Positions 17,185 through 26,439 of a DNA stretch of 64,000 nucleotides are shown here, piece after piece (within the stretch, counting starts at the first letter, position 1; every line of letters starts with the position of its first letter). The stretch lies in the IMG/VR virus record IMGVR_UViG_3300017565_000017, positions 128,779 through 192,778 of that record, one strand, 5' to 3'. Position numbers and translations under genes: made by a program. The DNA is from a virus (lineage: Duplodnaviria; Heunggongvirae; Uroviricota; Caudoviricetes). The notes under the pieces are model-generated. The model did not search any database, had not been told where the DNA came from, and saw only the letters and a list, made by a program, of their open reading frames with translations.

Positions 17185-17805
17185 TCAGGCCCGAATTTTG
17201 GTTGCGCGGGGAACTACCTGATAGAACGGGGATCCCTGGTTATCACGCTGATGGGTGCGGGCCAGGAAATGCGTGGCTGAGCGGATGTTGGCCCCATTGA
17301 AGCGCACCGCCGCCGCAAATTTCTGCCCCAAAGACAGCTTCAGGGGACGGGGAAGAGATTCCCATGACTGATTCGTGAACAAGTCACGCACTGCAAACTG
17401 GGTATTTGCGTTACGGCGTAGGGCTAGAGCCAGAACTTGACGTAGAATCTTGGGGGATTCGGTAATCGGATACGCCCGGTAGTCCACGTCCAGCACAGGT
17501 TCGCTGTTTGCGTCCTGGGTCTGGCCCAGGAACTGCATTCCCATCAACGGAGCTTTGGTTGGAGTCTTCGGCACCGGCTTCTTGGAAGCTGCCGTAGCAG
17601 GCAAACGCCGGATAGGCGTGGGCTTCACTGCTTTCGGAGCCGCCTTAACCGCGTCGGCTTCGATGTCCAGGAGACGGATGCCGCGTGAAAGTGCGTTCAC
17701 TACCACGTCGGCAAACGGCGTCTTTGTGGAAGCTGCGTAGGCAAATAAGCTCGCCAGTAAGGCATCCGGAACGGAGCAGTTGATATCGGTCAGGGAATCA
17801 GCCAT
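17185..17805 (-). CDS. putative DNA-binding protein (RHH-like N-terminus, DUF1413-like C-terminus)
   Basis: INCSVPDALLASL...; FAVRDLF...W...KLSLGQKF. Confidence 0.45.
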   Translation of the reverse strand: MADSLTDINCSVPDALLASLFAYAASTKTPFADVVVNALSRGIRLLDIEADAVKAAPKAVKPTPIRRLPATAASKKPVPKTPTKAPLMGMQFLGQTQDANSEPVLDVDYRAYPITESPKILRQVLALALRRNANTQFAVRDLFTNQSWESLPRPLKLSLGQKFAAAVRFNGANIRSATHFLARTHQRDNQGSPFYQVVPRATKIRA

Positions 17806-17817
17806 GGGGTTCTCGGC

Positions 17818-18285
17818 TTAGGGTTGAGTTGTGGTGGGTTCGGCGTCGGATTCCGGCTCATCGGAAACGCCGTCGGTGAGGGTCGGGAAGACCGAAGACA
17901 GAAGCAGTACCATGTTGCGAACTTCGGGGCGAATGCACGCGGCCATCGCTTCTTCCGCAGTCATCCAGCGGCGTTCACGCGTCTGGGATTCCGGATACGA
18001 TTCCAGCTCCAGAACCACGTGCATGGAGTACATATGCACTTCCTGCACGGTTTCGCCCCGGGTGTAGTTGAAGACACCCAGCTTGGAGCCAAGGCCACCG
18101 ACCACACCGCCCTCTTCGGCCACTTCTTTGATGGCGTTCTTGCGCTTGGACAGGTTGGCTTCAACGCCACCCTTCGGGAACACCCAGTATTCACCGGAGG
18201 TCGATTTGACCATCAAGACTTCAAACTTACCGTCTTCGTTGTAACGATAAGGGATGGCACCGCTGCAAATTCGAGGTTTCGGCAT
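17818..18285 (-). CDS. NUDIX hydrolase
   Basis: WVFPKGGVE...A-x-KEVAEEGG Nudix box. Confidence 0.88.
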   Translation of the reverse strand: MPKPRICSGAIPYRYNEDGKFEVLMVKSTSGEYWVFPKGGVEANLSKRKNAIKEVAEEGGVVGGLGSKLGVFNYTRGETVQEVHMYSMHVVLELESYPESQTRERRWMTAEEAMAACIRPEVRNMVLLLSSVFPTLTDGVSDEPESDAEPTTTQP

Positions 18286-18506
18286 TAGATTGGATCGTGA
18301 AGTTTCTTTGAATCCTGTCCCCGGATCACCACTTTGCGATCACGGACAGGGACGAACGATTTTTTGCTCTGGTAGGTCGCGCCGAAGGCATTGACCGAAG
18401 TCGGGCAAAACAACTTCCCTATGGAATGCAGACGCTTTTCATAGGAACACAGCTCACATTTATGATTGTCTGGAAACTGAAACCCGATGAGCTTCTTACT
18501 AGGCAT
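18285..18506 (-). CDS. small Cys-containing hypothetical protein
   Basis: AGAGGA SD; first gene after promoter. Confidence 0.55.
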   Translation of the reverse strand: MPSKKLIGFQFPDNHKCELCSYEKRLHSIGKLFCPTSVNAFGATYQSKKSFVPVRDRKVVIRGQDSKKLHDPI

Positions 18507-18549
18507 TGATTCCTCTGTAAACGCGGTTAACAGGGTATGTATTTACGGC

Positions 18550-18558
18550 ATTATACCA
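18550..18558 (-). promoter_or_regulatory. extended -10 promoter in TC/GA-free tract 18515-18599
   Basis: TGG-TATAAT. Confidence 0.6.
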
Positions 18559-18576
18559 TGTGCCGCGCTATACCGC

Positions 18577-19104
18577 CTAGCGCATTACCGGGCGCTGCTC
18601 TATGACGCGCACTTGGTCCATACGTAGCTCCCAGAAAGTAGCTTGGACTAGGACCTCACCCAGGCGAGGGCGCTCTCGGGCAGTACGCCACTCTAGATCT
18701 AGAACCAGTCTTTCCCAGAGCGATCTTTGACGGGCGTTTGCGGTTTGCCCGTTGAGGACAAGGTGCCAGAGGTGGTAGTCCGAGAGGAGGACGTGGTCGT
18801 CGGGGAGCTCGATTTCGAGGAAAACGTTGTTGACTGTCCAGAACTTGGAGCGACGTTTATAACGCGCCCATTCTTCATATGCCACGACATGATCTCTCCA
18901 CGCCCAGAGGGGGTACTGGTTAGGGTCAACTGGATCCGGCTTAACACCGCGCTTGCGCATTTGTTCGCGCATCCAGTCGTAAGCAAACTTGAAATTATCG
19001 CCGTCCGGTTCGGCGGCGGAGGTTACAGAAAGGGGTGCCCGAAGCACCCCCGTCTTTTGAAGCTCACGCCACGCACTAGCGGACTGGCTAGTCCACAGCT
19101 TCAT
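18577..19104 (-). CDS. DUF3841-like protein
   Basis: MKLWT-x-Q...AYDWM-x-x-QM...YPLWAW...VLLSDY-x-x-WH-x-VLN...QAT-x-WEL. Confidence 0.65.
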   Translation of the reverse strand: MKLWTSQSASAWRELQKTGVLRAPLSVTSAAEPDGDNFKFAYDWMREQMRKRGVKPDPVDPNQYPLWAWRDHVVAYEEWARYKRRSKFWTVNNVFLEIELPDDHVLLSDYHLWHLVLNGQTANARQRSLWERLVLDLEWRTARERPRLGEVLVQATFWELRMDQVRVIEQRPVMR

Positions 19105-19399
19105 CTCGATTAGCTCCGTTACGGACTTTGGCAATCCACGGAGCCTGTTGCTCCTCGGACAGGCTGGACCACGCAGGCGTATCACCCGTAGTCTCGTAGG
19201 CAGCTTGCGCTTGACGCTGCAAACGAATACCCTGCTGGATAAGCTCCTCAGCGTCTTTGCTGATACGCGGGTCCAGAGCCATGATCTGAACTATCCGTAG
19301 AAGGGCGTCAACCGATTCCTTGGGGTCGTCGCGGAGCTGGACCCAATGGGTAATCAGCGCATCCTCGACGGCATCACGCCACGGGTTACGCTTTTCCAT
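19088..19399 (-). CDS. hypothetical protein
   Basis: MEKRNPWRDAVEDAL... Confidence 0.6.
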   Translation of the reverse strand: MEKRNPWRDAVEDALITHWVQLRDDPKESVDALLRIVQIMALDPRISKDAEELIQQGIRLQRQAQAAYETTGDTPAWSSLSEEQQAPWIAKVRNGANRDEAVD

Positions 19400-20024
19400 C
19401 GGAAGCCTTCTTACGGATGGTTTCCACCCATTTGCGGCGCTCACTGCTGCCGATCTGCGCCCATGTCGGGAATCGGTTGGAGTGGATGTCCGGATGGCTG
19501 TTGGTGTATTCGATGTACGCCGCTTCAGCCGCTTTCAGCTCCTGGACCGTTGGCAAATATTCCCGAATCTCTTCTGCTTTAGCGGCCTTCTCCAAACGTT
19601 CCAGCTTCTGCCAGCGCTTAACCCCCGACTCCCCATAAGCTGCATGGAAATAATCGCGTGGGGCCGGAGCGGCGATCAGTCCCCGACACATATTCGTGTG
19701 AACGATAATCGGGTCAAGCAGATCGCGTCGAATCTGTTCCAGAGCCGCCTTCAGTTGCCGGATCTCGTCATCCTTCTGGGCAAGCGCTGGATCCACTTCC
19801 GGCATGGGCATCGGCACGTGTAGCGGAAGCAGCTTGTCCCCGGCAAAGGCAGCAGTGGAAGCGGCGCTCTCCAAGGAAGCAGCCGACTTCAGGATCTCTT
19901 CACGGGCCTGTGGGTACAGGCCCGCATTATCTCGCGCTCGCTTGCCTTCTGCTCGCAAGTTCTGTGCGATGGCGATCCAAACCTCGGAATCGTGCTTAAC
20001 CTGCGCGTCGTTCCTGGAGCTCAC
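19386..20024 (-). CDS. mosaic hypothetical protein
   Basis: Coupled ORF. Confidence 0.6.
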   Translation of the reverse strand: MSSRNDAQVKHDSEVWIAIAQNLRAEGKRARDNAGLYPQAREEILKSAASLESAASTAAFAGDKLLPLHVPMPMPEVDPALAQKDDEIRQLKAALEQIRRDLLDPIIVHTNMCRGLIAAPAPRDYFHAAYGESGVKRWQKLERLEKAAKAEEIREYLPTVQELKAAEAAYIEYTNSHPDIHSNRFPTWAQIGSSERRKWVETIRKKASDGKA

Positions 20025-20364
20025 GATTTCCCTTCCAGTTCAGGTTGTTGTGGTAGTCGGATACCGCGAGACCGAGCTCGGTTTCCGAGCCGTACTTCTT
20101 CTTGAGTCCGCGCCATTGGTGGGTCTCAAACCGGCCGAAGATGGAAGGGGTCGGATCACCCTGGTACGAAGTCCACAACTCGCCGGTCCAGTACCGGAAA
20201 GGCGACCCGGTCAAGTGGGCCGAGTGGCGATTGTCCGTATACACCGAGTTACGAACTTCGTAGTAACCCGGGTATTCGGGGCGTACATCGTGCGGGAACC
20301 ATTCCGTGCAGAACAGTTCCGGCACGTCACGGGCCTGCTGGGCCACCAGCGTGATCTCGATCAT
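19996..20364 (-). CDS. hypothetical protein
   Basis: ATGA overlap; TEWFP-x-x-x-x-P-x-x-PG-x-YEV module. Confidence 0.6.
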   Translation of the reverse strand: MIEITLVAQQARDVPELFCTEWFPHDVRPEYPGYYEVRNSVYTDNRHSAHLTGSPFRYWTGELWTSYQGDPTPSIFGRFETHQWRGLKKKYGSETELGLAVSDYHNNLNWKGNRELQERRAG

Positions 20365-20681
20365 TTGGCGTCCGCCAGCGAGTTGATATCCTTGATCAGG
20401 CCGAGCTCGACGTGTGCCGTCAGGTCGGGGCGGTTGCGAATCAGGCGCTTGATGTCTTCCATGGCACGCACGTATTCGGCACCGACCGGAGCGGGTTCGG
20501 GGGTACGGCGGAAGTGGGTGACATCGCTGCCGATCTGCTCGTGGTCCCACTTGAGGGAACCGGCACGGGCGGCGGTAACGGTTTGGCCGCTGCGCAGAAC
20601 CACATCAACTTTCGTTTCGTGATCCACGGGGCAGTCGCCACCGCGCCAGAGATTGAAGTGAACGTTTTGAGTAGGTGCCAT
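20361..20681 (-). CDS. hypothetical protein
   Basis: AAGGAG SD; W-x-GG-x-CPV module. Confidence 0.7.
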   Translation of the reverse strand: MAPTQNVHFNLWRGGDCPVDHETKVDVVLRSGQTVTAARAGSLKWDHEQIGSDVTHFRRTPEPAPVGAEYVRAMEDIKRLIRNRPDLTAHVELGLIKDINSLADAK

Positions 20682-20689
20682 GAGTAGCT

Positions 20690-20808
20690 CCTTTATTACG
20701 GTTTGCGCTAGGGCGCGGGGTAGTGGGGTATTACACGCCTAATTATACAGGGCCGCGCCGTAAAACACCATAGCCAGCGCGGCCCTGTTGCGCAAAAATT
20801 ACACAAGT
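20690..20808 (-). promoter_or_regulatory. TC/GA-free promoter tract, TATAAT at 20742-20747
   Basis: Manual scan; tract ends at AAGGAG SD. Confidence 0.65.
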
Positions 20809-21062
20809 CGCTTGAGAGGCTCGCGGAAGCTCTGAGCGCGACTCGTGCCTGACACAGCCAAGGGCTCCGGCTGGTTGCTGGCGCTAAAAGCGCGGGCGCA
20901 AGGGCGGCAAACGCCCGTAAGCGTTTGCGTATGCGTTTGGCCGTAGGCGGTACGGGTGCGGGTAGCGCTAAAGCCTAAAACCGCCTTACGGGCGCATTTG
21001 GGGCATTGCAGGCGCGGGGCCAGGGTAACGGCTACGGTGCGGTTAATAGGGGTTACGGTCAT
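20799..21062 (-). CDS. small zinc-finger protein
   Basis: CPKC...CRPC. Confidence 0.5.
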   Translation of the reverse strand: MTVTPINRTVAVTLAPRLQCPKCARKAVLGFSATRTRTAYGQTHTQTLTGVCRPCARAFSASNQPEPLAVSGTSRAQSFREPLKRLV

Positions 21063-21084
21063 TTGATTAGGTTCCCGAGGAGGG

Positions 21085-21492
21085 TCAGGTTAAGGTCTTT
21101 TGTGGATCTGTGCCGTAGACATAAGCTTCTACGGAGCCATCGATAAAGTGGAGGCGGCACTCGCTGTGAAACATTTGAGCTTTGGAGCTGTAGATGGAAT
21201 CCCCATAAAGCTCGGGGCTGTCGGTGCCCTCATCTTCATGAGCATCGATATACCATCGAGCACCACAGCATTCACAATATTCGGAGTAATTCTCGAACAG
21301 CGCTTCGGCGCGCTTCGTAGCTTCCTCTGCAGAAGACGCCTGAATGAACACATCCTCAGCCACATCTTCATTGGTGATGAAGTACCCGCCACTGTTATTC
21401 TGGTCGAAATGCCACCAGCGCAGCTTGGATACAGGAGCTTCAGAAGCAGGTTCATGGATGGGAGTAGGGACGCCGAATAAAGGCTTGCTCAT
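21085..21492 (-). CDS. phage hypothetical protein
   Basis: F-x-QNNSGG-x-F...CECCG-x-RW motif. Confidence 0.7.
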   Translation of the reverse strand: MSKPLFGVPTPIHEPASEAPVSKLRWWHFDQNNSGGYFITNEDVAEDVFIQASSAEEATKRAEALFENYSEYCECCGARWYIDAHEDEGTDSPELYGDSIYSSKAQMFHSECRLHFIDGSVEAYVYGTDPQKTLT

Positions 21493-21578
21493 AGTAACAC
21501 CAGGGTTAAGGGTAAGGGGCCAGTGTAGCACGTATAAACACACCGCCCGGATTATATTCCGGCCCGTACCCGCTTACC

Positions 21579-21755
21579 CTAGTAGCAACCCGGGACCGAG
21601 CGGAGTGCGTCTTCGAGGTGCTTTTGGATCTCCTCGATAGCACGCTTGGTCATACCGGGCCACTGCGCCCCGTTGCGGTAGTCAGCCGCCAGCTTTTGAG
21701 CCAAGGCCGCTGCGATATCCAGCGACATGGAAGAAGAATCAGTTACTCTCGCCAT
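21579..21755 (-). CDS. small hypothetical protein
   Basis: GGAG SD + ATG (MARVTD). Confidence 0.45.
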   Translation of the reverse strand: MARVTDSSSMSLDIAAALAQKLAADYRNGAQWPGMTKRAIEEIQKHLEDALRSVPGCY

Positions 21756-21978
21756 TCTTGTACCCTTTACGGTCCATCCAGTTGTCTTTAGTAGCCCACG
21801 CCCGCCACGCGCCTTCCGTAGCCGCGTTGAGGTAACAGGCGGGGAACTTGCCGTCAGCGCAGTGCATGCCCGGGGCCGGAGTAAGGGGTAATCCCTGCTC
21901 AGTAGCCCACTCACGAAAATGAAGCTCGTTGAAGGCAACCTCAGCCTGAAGCCGCGCTGCGGTATCGTCGCCACTCAT
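21739..21978 (-). CDS. hypothetical protein
   Basis: Coupled ORF. Confidence 0.55.
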   Translation of the reverse strand: MSGDDTAARLQAEVAFNELHFREWATEQGLPLTPAPGMHCADGKFPACYLNAATEGAWRAWATKDNWMDRKGYKNGESN

Positions 21979-22163
21979 TCGAGGTGCGCCATGGGCTTGC
22001 AGGACCTGAGGCGGTCCACCATTATGCGGAAATCATCCCGCTTGTTGGACCGACCCTCTTCGAGCAGCCGTAGCAAGTGCCGTGCCGCGTCCGGGTTGTC
22101 GAGAATCCAGCGCAGGCGGGCGGCTTCAGCTTCGGCGGACTTGTCGAGCTCCGGCTTATCCAT
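21975..22163 (-). CDS. hypothetical protein
   Basis: GGAG SD; coupled ORF. Confidence 0.55.
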   Translation of the reverse strand: MDKPELDKSAEAEAARLRWILDNPDAARHLLRLLEEGRSNKRDDFRIMVDRLRSCKPMAHLE

Positions 22164-22506
22164 TCCCGCACTCCGGGGTGTAAACAGCGCGCCGAGGAAT
22201 ATTCACCGAAGCCACCCCGTAGGCACGGGCAAAGTCTGCCATGGAGCAGAAGCGCTGCTCTTGGACGGAGAGGTCCGTAGGAGTGTCATACTCGACTTTG
22301 AGCAAAACTTCGTGGTCGTGGCGATCGTAAAACAGGTCGTAGGTGGTAATCGAGCGCTTCTTCTTGCTGGAACCCTCGATCTTACGAACACGGCCGACCA
22401 CATTACCCGCGCCAGCCATCACACCTTCTGCGACTGCGGTAAGGCAGTGTTTGATCAGTTTGCGAGCGATCTTACGGGTGAGCTTGATTTCTTTGTTCGG
22501 GCACAT
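22156..22506 (-). CDS. hypothetical protein
   Basis: ORF after terminator. Confidence 0.5.
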   Translation of the reverse strand: MCPNKEIKLTRKIARKLIKHCLTAVAEGVMAGAGNVVGRVRKIEGSSKKKRSITTYDLFYDRHDHEVLLKVEYDTPTDLSVQEQRFCSMADFARAYGVASVNIPRRAVYTPECGNG

Positions 22507-22526
22507 TTCTTAGATCCTATAATGAA

Positions 22527-22554
22527 AGAAGCCCACTAGGATTCTAGCGGGCTC
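22527..22554 (-). terminator. intrinsic terminator after TAXI gene
   Basis: GAGCCCGCTAG-AATC-CTAGTGGGCTTC then TTT. Confidence 0.7.
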
Positions 22555-22566
22555 TTGTTCAGACGA

Positions 22567-23493
22567 TTAGCGATTGTACGCGGGCCAGTTGACCTTCGTG
22601 TCGTTTTCCACCTGCTTCCACTTCGGGTGGTTGCCCAGCTCTTCCTGGATTTCCGGCAGCTTTTCCGCCTTGCACTCGCGGAACTTGTTGAGCGCCGCCA
22701 CCATCTTGGGCGACTTGTAGTCCTGGACCACGAACAGGGCTTGCACAGCAATGCCGTCCACACCCTGGCTGTCAGTCAGGTTCTCGTAGGTCATCTCCTG
22801 CGTCGGCGTGTACCACTGCGAGAGCTCCTTGACCGGCTTGCCGCTGATGGGCAGGAGGCGGAACTCCTTGCCCAGAGCCGCGATAGCAGGCACCGGGAAG
22901 CCCTGCACGATGATGGCCGCGTCGATCTGCTTGTTGCGCAACGCTTCCAGCAGTTCGTCGTTCTTGGGGAACTCGACCACCTGGAAGTCGACGCCGGAGT
23001 TGGCAGCCATGAACTTGGCGGTGATGGAGGAGCCGCCCACCGCGCCCACGGGGCGACCATTCAGGTCGCTGAAGTCACGGAGTTGGACCTGGGTCGCACC
23101 GACCTTGTAGTTGCCGATACCCCAGCCGCCTTCCTTCTTGCCGTCGGCCAGCGCCAGGATCTGGACTTCTTCCTTGTGGAGGGGGAACAGAACCTTCACC
23201 TGCTCCGGCAGCTTCTTGGCGGACATGGCGCGGTATTCCAGCACGTCCGACTGGACGAGCGCACCATGAACCTTGTTACCGGCCAGCAGGTCGGTATTCG
23301 TGATCGAGCCATTGGTCTCGACTTCGTTGAAGTTCAGTCCGGAATCGATGCCGCACGCGGAAACGAGCTGCGTGAACATCGTGTTGTACGTGCCGCCCTT
23401 GCCGCCAGTGGCGATCTTGACTTGTTGAGCTTGAACAGTGACGGCAGCCAGCGACAGGAGGGTGCCAGCGACGAATGCGATACGGTTGCGCAT
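22567..23493 (-). CDS. TAXI-family TRAP solute-binding protein
   Basis: Signal peptide, IATGGKGGTY, T-x-GS-x-x-N-x-x-LL, ALVQSDV, PLHKEEVQIL, GS-x-x-TA, IDAA-x-x-V-x-G-x-P. Confidence 0.85.
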   Translation of the reverse strand: MRNRIAFVAGTLLSLAAVTVQAQQVKIATGGKGGTYNTMFTQLVSACGIDSGLNFNEVETNGSITNTDLLAGNKVHGALVQSDVLEYRAMSAKKLPEQVKVLFPLHKEEVQILALADGKKEGGWGIGNYKVGATQVQLRDFSDLNGRPVGAVGGSSITAKFMAANSGVDFQVVEFPKNDELLEALRNKQIDAAIIVQGFPVPAIAALGKEFRLLPISGKPVKELSQWYTPTQEMTYENLTDSQGVDGIAVQALFVVQDYKSPKMVAALNKFRECKAEKLPEIQEELGNHPKWKQVENDTKVNWPAYNR

Positions 23494-23508
23494 GTTAAGG
23501 TTCCTTGA

Positions 23509-23643
23509 TTAGCGTTTGAAGGCGTTGGGCTGCGAGGACTTCTGGGCAGCAGGTTTCGGGGTGCTCGATTCGGTGTTCATGACCAGAAACGCCAGGGCGC
23601 TAATGACGATGACAACCAAGCTCATGATAAGACGGAATTTCAT
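23509..23643 (-). CDS. 44-aa single-pass membrane peptide (not in ORF track)
   Basis: Hand translation MKFRLIMSLVVIVISALAFLVMNTESSTPKPAAQKSSQPNAFKR. Confidence 0.6.
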   Translation of the reverse strand: MKFRLIMSLVVIVISALAFLVMNTESSTPKPAAQKSSQPNAFKR

Positions 23644-23706
23644 GATCGTAGAGGTAGGTTAGGTGATGAATGGGGCTACCATAGGAGCCCCGGCTAGTAG
23701 CTCGGA

Positions 23707-24576
23707 TTAGTGGCGGGTGCTCTTGTCCGAGGGAGAATCGACAATCTCGGCAACCACGGTCGCCGGGATACGAATGTTGCCATCCAGGCCAGAGCTCGGG
23801 ATACTGCGCGTCTCGGACGACGTGTCCGGGACTTGGGGACCCGCAGAGCGGGTAAAGCCCTTGGACGCCACGGTCCCGAGGGTAGCCTTCGGGATATGCA
23901 GAGGCTTCACCCCCTGCTTGGAGGCATCCACCGCGCTGCGCATCTTGACCATGGAACTGTTGATGTTGTTCTGCATGGCCCGGAACGATTCTTCCATGGC
24001 GAGCTGGTCGTCGGCCGACATCGTACGGGCCTTGGACATGCGGTCGGCAAGACGCCCACTGGTCTTCGACATGCGGTTCTTGGCCTGCCACTTCCGAACT
24101 TCTTGCTCGGCTTGAGCGATCTGTTGGCCCAGCGCATCCAGGCCCTCAGCCATCTGGTGCAGCGCTTCTTTCTTGGCCTCGAGATAGTCGATTTGGTCCT
24201 GGGCATCCGAAGCCCCGAACTCGCGGATGTAGTTGGCGACCTCGGACTCGTAGTTGGCAACTTCGGTCGTCATCATCTCCAGATCACGCCGCCCCGCCCG
24301 TTGGTGTTCACGCAATTGATTGAGGAACGCACGTTGCACTTCCTCGGGATTGCGCTGGGCGACCGCCTTGATGGCCTTGATGCGCCACACGGAGAGCATG
24401 CGGCCAAACGCGGGGGCCAGATTGACGACCAGAAGTCCCGTAACCAGGAACGCCACGAGGGCCACCAGACCGGCCAGCGCCTTCATAATAAAGGCACCTG
24501 CCAAGCCGAGGCCGACGATAGCGAAGCCCCAGGTGCCCCACTTCTTGAGATTCTCTTCCTTCTTTTCCAAATCCAT
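23707..24576 (-). CDS. membrane-anchored PspA/IM30-like coiled-coil protein
   Basis: Two N-terminal TM helices, long coiled coil, disordered tail. Confidence 0.55.
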   Translation of the reverse strand: MDLEKKEENLKKWGTWGFAIVGLGLAGAFIMKALAGLVALVAFLVTGLLVVNLAPAFGRMLSVWRIKAIKAVAQRNPEEVQRAFLNQLREHQRAGRRDLEMMTTEVANYESEVANYIREFGASDAQDQIDYLEAKKEALHQMAEGLDALGQQIAQAEQEVRKWQAKNRMSKTSGRLADRMSKARTMSADDQLAMEESFRAMQNNINSSMVKMRSAVDASKQGVKPLHIPKATLGTVASKGFTRSAGPQVPDTSSETRSIPSSGLDGNIRIPATVVAEIVDSPSDKSTRH

Positions 24577-24623
24577 GATTACCTCACAAGTTACTGCGCC
24601 ACATCCAGACGCATAGGAGTTAT

Positions 24624-24836
24624 TTACAGGTTATGTTGACGCTGCTCGCGGCGGCTCTTGTACAGATAGAACTGTACGTAAGCCCACATACCCAGAGGCA
24701 CCATCCATACCAGGGTCAGGATGATGAAAAACAACCACTTGAGGCCGAAGGCCACGATGGGCCAGACCACATAGTAGGTCACCAGAAGCCCCAGCACGAT
24801 AGCCAGAGCCACATAGATTTTGTCACGAAGACGCAT
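24624..24836 (-). CDS. small two-TM membrane protein
   Basis: Hydrophobicity pattern. Confidence 0.65.
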   Translation of the reverse strand: MRLRDKIYVALAIVLGLLVTYYVVWPIVAFGLKWLFFIILTLVWMVPLGMWAYVQFYLYKSRREQRQHNL

Positions 24837-25542
24837 TGGCGGAGCTCCCCATCTGTTGGAATTCCTTCAGCTTTTCTGCCATGAGTTGGCACCGGGCGTT
24901 GAGGGCCTCGGCTTCCTCAGCATTCAGGCGGCGGTCCAGGTCCCCCGGCTCGATAACGCCCTTCATGATCTCGGACACGCCGGAAATGTGGATGTCGTAT
25001 TCGAGACTGCCGTCGAGGTGCGTATTGCGCACGATTTTGCGGGCCTCAGCTTGGGAACCGGCGGAGATCAGGTAGACGCCGTAGAAGCCGCCCTTGACAT
25101 TGGGTTTCGCCACAGACACCCACTTGAGGGTGGAATTCAGGCGCTGTTCCTGAACTTCCGGCGGCAAAATGCTCGCCACGCTGTCGAACATGCGGAGTTC
25201 ACGGTCATCCATTTCGTCCCCGCTGGCCACGACCATGTGCCAGTCGCTGAGGTCCTTGCCCAACACCGCTTCCAGCGCATCCATAGCCGGGTCGTTGAAC
25301 ACCATGGGATCTGCCGTTACGTGCAGATGGGACTCGTGGTTGCGGCCCTCGTGGTCCATCACAACCAACTGGTTGATCTTCTCCTCGAGATCCGCATCGG
25401 ACGTGGCGATGACATAGGCGTGAACTTCAGCCTCGATGATGTTGCCGTCGTTGTCGAAACGCACACAGCGGAGCAGTGCGACACGCTGGCGCGTGCTGTC
25501 GTCGGGGAAGAAATTGTGGTCGTGGCCGCATTTGGAGCACAT
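24823..25542 (-). CDS. hypothetical protein
   Basis: AAGGAA SD; N-terminal CSKC. Confidence 0.7.
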   Translation of the reverse strand: MCSKCGHDHNFFPDDSTRQRVALLRCVRFDNDGNIIEAEVHAYVIATSDADLEEKINQLVVMDHEGRNHESHLHVTADPMVFNDPAMDALEAVLGKDLSDWHMVVASGDEMDDRELRMFDSVASILPPEVQEQRLNSTLKWVSVAKPNVKGGFYGVYLISAGSQAEARKIVRNTHLDGSLEYDIHISGVSEIMKGVIEPGDLDRRLNAEEAEALNARCQLMAEKLKEFQQMGSSANASS

Positions 25543-25557
25543 AGGTATTCCTTTAGG

Positions 25558-25770
25558 TTAGGGTTGTCGGCTGAGCTTTTCGAGCTCACGGCAGAGAGTG
25601 CCAATTTTCCCCTGATGCTGGCGAATCTGCTTGAAGCGCACAGGAACAGGGAGCTTGGGGTCTTGCAAATCTACCAGGATATTCGTTTGGAACTGAAGGA
25701 TGCGAGCCTGAATCGCCAAGGCCCGTACGACCTTGTCGGTGGCAGACTGCTGTTCGGGGGGTTGCTGCAT
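25558..25770 (-). CDS. hypothetical protein
   Basis: First ORF after promoter tract. Confidence 0.55.
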   Translation of the reverse strand: MQQPPEQQSATDKVVRALAIQARILQFQTNILVDLQDPKLPVPVRFKQIRQHQGKIGTLCRELEKLSRQP

Positions 25771-25876
25771 GGGGTTGCGCCTATACGGTTAGGGCGGTGG
25801 GGTAAGGGCCAGTATACAACAAATACGGCCCTATTTGGTGGGGGCTTGCTTTTTATTTTTGGGCGGGTAGTAAACG
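25755..25876 (-). promoter_or_regulatory. TC/GA-free promoter tract, TATACT at 25811-25816
   Basis: Manual scan. Confidence 0.55.
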
Positions 25877-26289
25877 ATGGAGCCGCGTACACATTCCATC
25901 TGGCCCTTGGCGATATCTTCGAAGAAGCGACGCTCTGGATTCTCGATATGATATGCCAGTCTGCCCGAGAAGTAGACAGCGTAATCACCCTGAGGGCCCC
26001 GCACGATAACCGTGTACGCGGTAGTCATGGCCGCGCCGCCAATACCACCGAACCCCAGAGCCGTGGATCCCCAGGTTTGGGGGAACATATGCACGTCCAT
26101 TTCGTCAACGTAAGGACGGCGCTCGTCGAATTCATCGGTTTTGACTTTCTTCACACGGGACTTGGTCACAGGGTCCGGTGTGTCGCTGGTCACGTACTTG
26201 AATCGCGGACTCTTGACCGGGTACAGCGTCACAAGGCGAGCGTCGGCCAGGGAATCGTGCAGAGTAAGAAGAGGATCACCCGTTCTCAT
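25831..26289 (-). CDS. phage hypothetical protein
   Basis: MFPQTWGSTALGFGGIGGAAMTTAYTV motif. Confidence 0.7.
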   Translation of the reverse strand: MRTGDPLLTLHDSLADARLVTLYPVKSPRFKYVTSDTPDPVTKSRVKKVKTDEFDERRPYVDEMDVHMFPQTWGSTALGFGGIGGAAMTTAYTVIVRGPQGDYAVYFSGRLAYHIENPERRFFEDIAKGQMECVRGSIVYYPPKNKKQAPTK

Positions 26290-26437
26290 TGTCGTCCTTG
26301 GGAGCGAAGTTGATGATACCGATCTTGTGGAGTGCCCACCAGATAAGAGCCAGAAAGCCTGCAACCCCGAGCACAATCAGAAATGCTATGAAGAGCTTCA
26401 CATCAACTCCGTAATGAGCCAGATACAGGGCGCGCAT
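26276..26437 (-). CDS. small membrane protein
   Basis: Single long hydrophobic segment. Confidence 0.5.
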   Translation of the reverse strand: MRALYLAHYGVDVKLFIAFLIVLGVAGFLALIWWALHKIGIINFAPKDDNENG

Positions 26438-26439
26438 CG

